From: Acidimicrobiaceae bacterium | GTDB taxonomy: Bacteria; Actinomycetota; Acidimicrobiia; Acidimicrobiales; Palsa-688 | Assembly (NCBI GenBank): GCA_009785715.1 | Contig: WQVT01000001.1 | Coordinates: forward strand, 1-37,300 | Direction of reading: 5' to 3' | DNA: 37,300 nucleotides | Shown here: piece after piece, positions 25,744 through 31,830 of the stretch | Layout of the letters: the number at the start of each line of letters is the position of its first letter | Numbering within the stretch: position 1 is the stretch's first letter | The notes under the pieces: model-generated | The model's database searches: none | What the model saw: only the letters and a program-made list of their open reading frames with translations | What the model was told of the DNA's origin: nothing | Position numbers and translations under genes: made by a program

Positions 25744-26140
25744 GCGTACCTCCTTCCGAGGGAAAGAGCGGCCCGCCCGGGTCGGACCGCTCGCGGGGTG
25801 GAGAGTGGCTCCGCCCACGATGGTCTCACGAAGCGGATGATGACGGGGCGAAGAGAGGTGGCCGGGGGGCCTTGCGTGCGCCCCCCGCTTTCGCCGGAAC
25901 TCCGGGTCTTAGTCGCTCTCGGTGCCTCGTCGCCTCGTTGGCGCTTCGCCGTCCCAGTGGAGTGCTTACCTGCGACTCGTGCCGGACCACCTCGGCGGCC
26001 CCGCTGCTATCCCTTCCCCGGGCCGATCCCGGCATCTGCTGCGACTGGGCCGCGCTGGCGACGCCCGAGGTTCCCAACCCCGTCCCGCTCTCCCGGCCGT
26101 GGGTGTTGGTCAGGTTTCGCTGGTGGGAACGTCGCTCAGC
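25744..26140 (-). ncRNA. Candidate ~400-nt structured leader or ncRNA transcribed leftward from the 26147-26173 promoter
   Basis: No convincing ORF. Many strong local hairpins are present, e.g. CGGGGGGC-GCACGCAAG-GCCCCCCG, CCGG-AGUU-CCGG, CCGGG-AUCGG-CCCGG, and GAGCGG...CCGCUC followed by UUU. A CCUC...GAGG pairing could occlude the SD of the 41-aa ORF. No known RNA family recognised. Confidence 0.3.
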
Positions 26141-26146
26141 AGAGCT

Positions 26147-26173
26147 ATTGTACCCAGTCTGCGGCAGGCTAAA
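26147..26173 (-). promoter_or_regulatory. Leftward promoter, near-identical copy of the 16991-17019 early promoter
   Basis: The minus strand reads TTTAGC-CTGCCGCAGACTGGG-TACAAT-AG, with 25 of 29 positions matching the other copy. Confidence 0.55.
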
Positions 26174-26175
26174 CT
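26148..26175 (+). promoter_or_regulatory. Possible rightward promoter fully interleaved with the leftward one, giving a leaderless start for HNH copy 3
   Basis: TTGTAC (26148-26153), a 16-nt spacer, TAAACT (26170-26175), then ATG 26182 six nt downstream. There is no SD upstream of this ATG. Confidence 0.35.
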
Positions 26176-26181
26176 TCGGTC

Positions 26182-26613
26182 ATGCCGACCCGCATTTACA
26201 ACCGTGGCGTCCCGCTTCTGGATCGGTGGGCCGCTCACGTGATCGCCGAGCCGTCCGGATGCTGGGGCTGGCTTGGCGCGCACACCCCGTACGGCTACGG
26301 CCATCTGAATGTCGGCGGCAGCCGGTACGACAGCGCCTACCGAGTGGGCTATCGGCTCTTGATCGGTGAGGTCCCGGAGGGGCTTGAGCTTGATCACCTC
26401 TGCCGCAATCCGGGCTGCGTGAATCCGACCCATCTGGAGCCTGTCACCCATCGAGTCAACGTCTTTCGCGGTAGTAACCGGAGGATTCAGGCCGCGATCT
26501 CGGGTACCTGCATCAGGGGTCACGGCCCGGACAATTTCGCGTACCGCCCGGATGGCCGCTATCACTACTGCCGAGCCTGTAGACGTCTCTACCGCAAGGA
26601 CAGGCGGAGATGA
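26182..26613 (+). CDS. HNH homing-type endonuclease (copy 3 of 3)
   Basis: Motifs are CWGWLGA...YGYGH...AYRVGY...LDHLCRNPGCVNPTHLEPVTHRVN, followed by CIRGH...CRAC. Confidence 0.85.
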   Translation: MPTRIYNRGVPLLDRWAAHVIAEPSGCWGWLGAHTPYGYGHLNVGGSRYDSAYRVGYRLLIGEVPEGLELDHLCRNPGCVNPTHLEPVTHRVNVFRGSNRRIQAAISGTCIRGHGPDNFAYRPDGRYHYCRACRRLYRKDRRR

Positions 26614-26966
26614 GCCCGCTGCCCGGCATGTCCGAGAAGGAATTCATGCGGACGTTGGTCGGCGATCGACGCCGCCCGGGGATGATCCACATGCTCGGTG
26701 GCCTATGCACCCATTTCAGACCCGGGTATTCCGCCAAGGGGATGGTGACGCCGATCGAAGGCGATGCCGGGTTCCCGGATACATGTATCGTCACGAAGTC
26801 AAATCGGTTGCTCTTCAGGGAATTGAAGGTCGGCCGCAACCGGCTGCGGCCGGAGCAGCAGATGTGGTTGGAGCGGCTGCAGGCGGCGGGAGCCGATGCC
26901 AAGGTGTGGACCGATCAAGACCTCGCGAGCGGGCTCATCGAGCGGGAGTTGATGGCTCCGCCGTAG
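26610..26966 (+). CDS. VRR-NUC domain nuclease
   Basis: ATGA overlap at 26610. The stretch GFPDTCIVTKSNRLLFRELKVGRNRLRPEQQMWLERLQAAGADAKVW contains a PD...E-x-K core and matches the VRR-NUC pattern. Confidence 0.7.
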   Translation: MSPLPGMSEKEFMRTLVGDRRRPGMIHMLGGLCTHFRPGYSAKGMVTPIEGDAGFPDTCIVTKSNRLLFRELKVGRNRLRPEQQMWLERLQAAGADAKVWTDQDLASGLIERELMAPP

Positions 26967-27013
26967 CGTGAAGCACCTGGGCAACTTGCGCCGCGCGCAA
27001 TGTCCGCCCTAAC

Positions 27014-28207
27014 ATGACGGCCAAACGGGCGCACGTGCTCCCGATGTCGGCGAACGAGGGTAGAGGAGCAGGCGCAGTGGCTGCGGAAGCACCGCCGTCC
27101 GCACCGGTCAAGGTGCATATCCGGGACTTGACGATCGACCCGGCGATCCAAATCCGGAAGGCCAATCGCGAGCAGGCGATCCTGCGCTACATGGACGCCA
27201 TCGACGTGCTGCCGCCGGTCGAGGCGATCCGCACGCCTGAGGGCAAGCTGATCCTCTACGACGGCTTCCAGCGCACTGCAGCGCACCAGCGGCTGGGGCT
27301 GGACGACATCCGGGTGCTGATCGAGGACGGCACCCGCGAAGAGGCGCTGGAGCGGGCGATCGTCGCCAATCTCCGCCACGGCGAGCCGCTCGATCAGGAC
27401 GAGCGCGACGAGGCGATACGCCGCCTGCACCAACTCCACCCGCAGGCGGGCTCCCGGCTGATCGCGACCAAGATGATGCACTCGGTGAGCGCCAGCACGG
27501 TCGAGCGGTTGCTGGACGCGGACGAGGTCCGGCAGGCGGTGCCGTTCAAGTGGCTCACCCACATCTCGCACGGCGCGCTCGCCGACATCTCGGCCGCACC
27601 CAAGGCGAACTGGTCTGCACTGGCTTGCGCTTACGACCAGAACAAATGGACAAGACCGCAGCTACAGCAAGCGGTTAAGGAGGTGGGCGACGAATCGGTG
27701 CCTGCCGCCCACCGCCAGGCGCTGCTCGACGGAACCGCCCAACCGGGGGACCATCTCCGGACAGAAAAGGCAGAAGAGGAGAAAACTGAGCAGCCCGCCG
27801 CCCCTGGTGCGGTTGGGCAACTCACTGTGGTGAGCGAGCAGGCGGAAGAGGAGCCGGAAGAGGAGCCGGAGGAGGACGAGTACGTCGGTGATGAGCCGGG
27901 CTACGACCCGGTCGGCACCGACGTCGGCGAGCGGCTGATCGCGGTCTCGCCGTTCGTGGTCATCCCGGTGCGCATCCCGTCCGGTCGGCCGCGTCAGCGT
28001 GGGAACCGGACTTACCAGCGAGAGCGGGTGACGGTGCAGCGCACGATCCCGATCTCGGTCACCGATGAGGTGCTGGACGGTCACGGCAACCCGAACGACA
28101 TGGAGTCGGCGGGCTGGGCAATGCTCTGCCGGGAGGTGTACCGGCAACTCTGGCGCTCGCGTCCGGCGATCTGGCCGCCGGATGGACCGGGGTGGGGCGA
28201 GACGTGA
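27014..28207 (+). CDS. ParB/Srx N-terminal-domain protein (397 aa) with an acidic linker
   Basis: The stretch IRDLTIDPAIQIR...LPPVEAIRTPEGKLILYDGFQRTAAHQRLG...ANLRHGEPL is ParB-N-like. An EEEPEEEPEEDE tract follows. An alternative start GTG 27077 lies 7 nt after GAGGAG. Confidence 0.7.
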   Translation: MTAKRAHVLPMSANEGRGAGAVAAEAPPSAPVKVHIRDLTIDPAIQIRKANREQAILRYMDAIDVLPPVEAIRTPEGKLILYDGFQRTAAHQRLGLDDIRVLIEDGTREEALERAIVANLRHGEPLDQDERDEAIRRLHQLHPQAGSRLIATKMMHSVSASTVERLLDADEVRQAVPFKWLTHISHGALADISAAPKANWSALACAYDQNKWTRPQLQQAVKEVGDESVPAAHRQALLDGTAQPGDHLRTEKAEEEKTEQPAAPGAVGQLTVVSEQAEEEPEEEPEEDEYVGDEPGYDPVGTDVGERLIAVSPFVVIPVRIPSGRPRQRGNRTYQRERVTVQRTIPISVTDEVLDGHGNPNDMESAGWAMLCREVYRQLWRSRPAIWPPDGPGWGET

Positions 28208-28220
28208 GGACATCGCCGCC

Positions 28221-28616
28221 GTGAAGCGCTGGGTGCTGGCGGTGGGCGATCGGGTACGGGTTTGGCGGGTGCCGGAGGACGATCCCTGGCTGCGGCCGGT
28301 GCTGGGGCGGATGGGGGTGGTCAGGGAGCGCGGGAAGCTCGATGCGCGCGGCTATGTTCGAGCGCCCTGGTACGTGGTGCTGGACATCGAGGGCCGCGAG
28401 ATCACGTTGCTGGAGTCGGAGTGCGAGCCGGTGGTGGAGGCCAGGGATGACGCTGGAGAAGGACAAGTTCAAGGAGCAGTTCCGCGACGCGGTCATGCAC
28501 GAGGTGCCGGAGGGGGAGCCGGACTTCCGGATCATCGCCTGGTACGAGCGCGGCGGGATCAACTTCGACCTGCGCACGCAGGACTGCGGAGCGCCGCACC
28601 TTCTGACGGCCGCTGA
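28221..28616 (+). CDS. Hypothetical protein; the 5' ~75 codons look coding and the 3' part probably does not
   Basis: GTG 28221 (VKRWVLAVGDRVRVWRVPEDDPW...). After nt ~28447 third-position GC collapses in this frame, but no stop occurs until 28616. Confidence 0.45.
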   Translation: MKRWVLAVGDRVRVWRVPEDDPWLRPVLGRMGVVRERGKLDARGYVRAPWYVVLDIEGREITLLESECEPVVEARDDAGEGQVQGAVPRRGHARGAGGGAGLPDHRLVRARRDQLRPAHAGLRSAAPSDGR

Positions 28617-28926
28617 GACGCTGTGGGACGCCGCAGAGCGGCTTAGGAGCGCTCGGGTGTACGACCAGCAGCGTGGGGCCGCCAAAGCCCGTGAGGTGGC
28701 TCTGGGCGGCCAGACGCTGCGTGTGGAGGCGGACGACGTGCTGCTGCTGCTGGAGCGGGAGGGGACGCACTGGGTGCTCGACGCCTACTCCTGCGCGACG
28801 CCAGCGGCAGAGCACCTCGGTTGGGTGGCGACGGTGTTGCGCGAGATCGTTCGGGAGGAGGCTCGGCAACTGGTCCGGCAGGCTCGCCAGGAGGCGGAGC
28901 GGCGCACCATCCAGAACCGGGTTTGA
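28447..28926 (+). CDS. Hypothetical protein (159 aa)
   Basis: ATG 28447 (MTLEKDKFKEQFRDAVMHEV...). This frame has very high GC3. Confidence 0.65.
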   Translation: MTLEKDKFKEQFRDAVMHEVPEGEPDFRIIAWYERGGINFDLRTQDCGAPHLLTAAETLWDAAERLRSARVYDQQRGAAKAREVALGGQTLRVEADDVLLLLEREGTHWVLDAYSCATPAAEHLGWVATVLREIVREEARQLVRQARQEAERRTIQNRV

Positions 28927-28932
28927 GGGAGC

Positions 28933-28970
28933 GGCTCCGGGCGTGGGGTAGGGAGGTTTCGCCCGGAGCC
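28933..28970 (+). other. Perfect 10-bp GC hairpin with an 18-nt loop in an intergenic gap
   Basis: GGCTCCGGGC (28933-28942) pairs with GCCCGGAGCC (28961-28970). The loop contains GGGAGG. There is no U-tract, and a G8 run follows. Confidence 0.4.
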
Positions 28971-29024
28971 AGGGGGGGGAGGTGCGAGAGCGTTGGTCAG
29001 GGTACGAGGGGACGGATTAAGGAT

Positions 29025-29225
29025 GTGGTAAGCGAACGTACGCCGGATGACCGGCTCTCGCTGGCTTCAGAGGGGTTCTGCCCGGACTGTGGGCGCGAGA
29101 TGATGCGCGTGTCTCCGACGGTGTGGCCCGGCGCGACCGGCTACTGCCAGGAGTGCGACACGTTCGTGCGGTTCGAGGGGAGCGCCGCGTTCCCGATCAT
29201 GGTGTGGTGGGGCGGTGCGGATTGA
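29025..29225 (+). CDS. Small zinc-ribbon protein (66 aa)
   Basis: GTG 29025. Two CxxC pairs are present (CPDC...CQEC). The start is uncertain. Confidence 0.5.
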   Translation: MVSERTPDDRLSLASEGFCPDCGREMMRVSPTVWPGATGYCQECDTFVRFEGSAAFPIMVWWGGAD

Positions 29226-30525
29226 AAAGCGCCGGGTAGCCGATCTCACGCCTGCCCACTACAACCCGAGGCGCGATCTGCGGCCCGGCGACCCACGTTA
29301 TGAGCAGATTAAGGATTCGCTCGACCGCTTCAGCCTGGTGCTGCCGCTGGTCTTCAACGAGCGCACGCACCGGCTGGTCTCGGGCCATCAGCGGGTGAAG
29401 GTGCTGCTGCAGGAGGGGGTCGAGGAAGCCGAAGTGTCGGTGGTCGACGTTGACGAGCAGGCCGAGATGGCGATGAATCTGGCGCTCAACAACGTCGAGG
29501 GTGAGAACGATCCCGATCAGTTGCGCGTGGTCTTGAGCCAGTTGGAGAACTTCCGGGGCACCGGCTTCGAGCCGGAGGACTACGCGGCGATGACCGCCGC
29601 CTTCGATGTCGACGATCTGCAGCCGGAGGGCGAGCCGTCGGAGTCGGACTACCGGGCACTGTCACTGCCGTTCATCGTGCAGGGCACGGGTGCCTGCTGC
29701 ATGGCGGTGGCGGCGGGGCTGCAGTACGGGACGCAGTCGCCGCGCAAGCTGTGTGGAAACGCGGCGCAGCCGAAGCACCGGATCACGTTCGTCGACATCG
29801 ACCTGCGGCGTTACGACCACGACCGCCACCTCGCCTACTGCGAGGCGGTGTCGCCCAGGTACGCCGCCACCCGCGACGTGATGACGAAGTCGCAGTGCGA
29901 GAAGGCGGGCATCCCGTACCACCCGCTGGATCGGGTGCTCAGGTGGGCGGAGGAACTCTCTCTGGTCTGCGAGCACGTGGTGGTGGTGCCCAAGTTCGAC
30001 TGCCTGCACGAGATACCGAAGGACTACGTGCTCGGGTATTCGGTGGCGACGAGCTACGGGTCGACGCCGATGCCGTTCACCGCCTTTCGAGGTCGGCAGG
30101 TGCATCTGCTCGGCGGGTCGCCGCAGAAGCAGTGGGAGTACTTCCGCTCGGCCCCCAAGGACGTGGTCTCGATTGACAGCAACTACATCCTGCGGATGGC
30201 GGCGTTCGGTCAGTGGTTCGATCTGGAGACGATGGCGTTCCGGCACATCGACGAGGTGACCGGCAGCCGACACCGGCAACCGGCGATGTCGGCGGCGCTG
30301 GCGTTGTCGGCGCTGAACGTGGCGGAGATGTTCGAGCGGGAGCGTCTGGAGGGCCAGGCGGTGGACAACCTGGTGGACCGGATTCTGGAGATGCCGACGC
30401 CCTACTCACGGGTGCTGCTGGGCGCGTTGGGGCTCTCCCTGTCGAACATCGCGGGGCTGTTCAACCGGGCACCGATCGAGGATGCGATGAAGTCGTTGCC
30501 GTCAAGAGCGAGGGGGACGAAGTGA
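29215..30525 (+). CDS. ParB-N-domain protein fused to an uncharacterised ~290-aa C-terminal domain
   Basis: The N-terminus RVADLTPAHYNPRRDL...SLDRFSLVLPLVFNERTHRLVSGHQRVKVLL...NLALNNVEGENDPDQL is of the type usually fused to DNA methyltransferases. I see no DPPY/F or FxGxG methylase motif in the C-terminal part. Confidence 0.6.
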   Translation: MRIEKRRVADLTPAHYNPRRDLRPGDPRYEQIKDSLDRFSLVLPLVFNERTHRLVSGHQRVKVLLQEGVEEAEVSVVDVDEQAEMAMNLALNNVEGENDPDQLRVVLSQLENFRGTGFEPEDYAAMTAAFDVDDLQPEGEPSESDYRALSLPFIVQGTGACCMAVAAGLQYGTQSPRKLCGNAAQPKHRITFVDIDLRRYDHDRHLAYCEAVSPRYAATRDVMTKSQCEKAGIPYHPLDRVLRWAEELSLVCEHVVVVPKFDCLHEIPKDYVLGYSVATSYGSTPMPFTAFRGRQVHLLGGSPQKQWEYFRSAPKDVVSIDSNYILRMAAFGQWFDLETMAFRHIDEVTGSRHRQPAMSAALALSALNVAEMFERERLEGQAVDNLVDRILEMPTPYSRVLLGALGLSLSNIAGLFNRAPIEDAMKSLPSRARGTK

Positions 30526-30710
30526 CTGAGGAGGATGCCGTGCTGGTGGCGGCCCATCGCTGGTGGATGAGCAAACGCCCGATCCCATGGTCGGAGGAGG
30601 CCCACATCGCCAATCCGGCGGTCAACTGCGCCAGTCCACAGGAGCGCGAACTCGCCGAGTCGATCGCTCGAATCCGGCAGTCGGTGCTGGCACAGGAGCG
30701 CGAGTCGTGA
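30522..30710 (+). CDS. Hypothetical protein (62 aa)
   Basis: GTGA overlap at 30522. High GC3. Confidence 0.55.
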   Translation: MTEEDAVLVAAHRWWMSKRPIPWSEEAHIANPAVNCASPQERELAESIARIRQSVLAQERES

Positions 30711-31411
30711 CCGAGCTACCCGATCTCAGTGGGCTGGTGAGCAAGGAGCAGTTGGACGCCGTCTACACCGAGCGCAACCGGGTGGTGCAGGCGCTGACGA
30801 AGGTGTTCCCGGCACATCTCCAGGCGCACGAGGGCGACTGGGATGACGACTGGCGCACGGTGGTCTGCGTCCATCTGCCGACGGGTCAGGTGACGTGGCA
30901 CGTGAACACGGCGGACGCCGGTCGCTTCTTCCGCCATCTCGGCTACTCGCCGAGTCACTGGGATGGTCACGACACCGAGGAGAAGTACCGGCGGCTGGAG
31001 AATCTGGAGCCCAGACAAGCTGAAGGGGCGGCCGATGAACGGCAAGCCCCTTCCGCCGACCCGGGAAGCCCGAGCCCACTTGGCGAGCAGTCTAAGAAGT
31101 GGCGTGAGGAGCCGCAGGCAGCGCCGTCTGCGCGCTCACACGATCTCTGGGACATGGCGGTCAACACGTGGCGCGACGGCTGGGAGAACGGCTACCAGTA
31201 CGCTCTGCGGCCATCCGAGGTCGATCTGGAGGCGTTGTCGTCGCGGTTGCACGACGTGTACCAGAAGGAGGCTCACCGTCGTGGTGACGTGCGGCACGAC
31301 GACGACTACGCGGCGCTCTCGGACGACACCAAGGAGTGGGATCGGGTGCTGGCGCGGTGGGTGCTGGAGAACTTCGCTCCGCGCTTTCGTCGGGACATCC
31401 CGCCTGCCTGA
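30707..31411 (+). CDS. WDGH-domain protein with a C-terminal RyR-like domain
   Basis: GTGA overlap at 30707. The stretch HLPTGQVTWHV...SHWDGHDTEEKYRRL is followed by a C-terminal LHDVYQKEAHRRGDVRHDDDYAALSDDTKEWDRVLARWVL, which resembles phage RyR domains. Confidence 0.55.
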   Translation: MTELPDLSGLVSKEQLDAVYTERNRVVQALTKVFPAHLQAHEGDWDDDWRTVVCVHLPTGQVTWHVNTADAGRFFRHLGYSPSHWDGHDTEEKYRRLENLEPRQAEGAADERQAPSADPGSPSPLGEQSKKWREEPQAAPSARSHDLWDMAVNTWRDGWENGYQYALRPSEVDLEALSSRLHDVYQKEAHRRGDVRHDDDYAALSDDTKEWDRVLARWVLENFAPRFRRDIPPA

Positions 31412-31505
31412 GTACGATCGGTTGGGACGGTCCGGGCTGCCAAGCCACAGGTGATCACGGGCGTCGATGCAATCGCGGCGGGCCGTCCCGCTTTCGGGGG
31501 GTTTG

Positions 31506-31634
31506 ATGGAGGAATTGATCCAGACGCTGGCGATCGCGATCGTGGTGGGTTGGCTGGTGTTCTTGGTGGTGATGGTGATCCTGGTGTTCGGGCCGTGGGT
31601 TGGTCTTCTACCGTTGGGGTGGATTGCGGGATGA
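31506..31634 (+). CDS. 42-aa membrane peptide (MEELIQTLAIAIVVGWLVFLVVMVILVFGPWVGLLPLGWIAG)
   Basis: Hand translation. A G6 run lies 4 nt upstream of ATG 31506. The peptide is strongly hydrophobic. Confidence 0.4.
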   Translation: MEELIQTLAIAIVVGWLVFLVVMVILVFGPWVGLLPLGWIAG

Positions 31635-31830
31635 CTTCGACTGGGCGGCCTTGTCGCCGATCGGGTGGTGCATCTTCCTGATCGGGGTGATGGCGGTCGT
31701 GGTAGTCCTGGTGCATGACTCTGATCCCGAGCGGCGGTGGGCGGTGGAGGGGTTGCTGTGGCTGTCGGTTCGGTTGAGCGAGGCGGCGTCGGCCACGCAA
31801 GCAGCCGCCCGAGCTATTGGCAGCAGGTAG
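31600..31830 (+). CDS. Possible small membrane protein (start uncertain)
   Basis: The ORF contains a hydrophobic helix (IGWCIFLIGVMAVVVVLV). It overlaps the putative 5' end of the terminase ORF, so only one of the two readings may be real in 31737-31830. Confidence 0.3.
   Translation: MVFYRWGGLRDDFDWAALSPIGWCIFLIGVMAVVVVLVHDSDPERRWAVEGLLWLSVRLSEAASATQAAARAIGSR

Noticed and set aside
25826-26077. 83-aa leftward ORF (TTG start) inside the leader region
   Set aside because: GC3 is high only in the first half. The product is disordered and basic, and there is no properly spaced SD. It is more likely a chance ORF in structured GC-rich RNA, though it cannot be fully excluded.
25744-26140. Known RNA families for the leftward leader (TPP riboswitch, cobalamin riboswitch, ydaO, RNase P, tmRNA, 6S/Ms1)
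   Set aside because: The 5' end has GCUGAGC...GAAACCUGACC, vaguely like the TPP CUGAGA/ACCUGAUC boxes. The upstream P1/P2 strand would fall in the promoter, and the UAAU...GCG...GGGA continuation is absent. I see no GGAAAGUCCGG (RNase P), no tRNA-like end with UCCACCA (tmRNA) and no B12 box. From memory alone I cannot assign a family.
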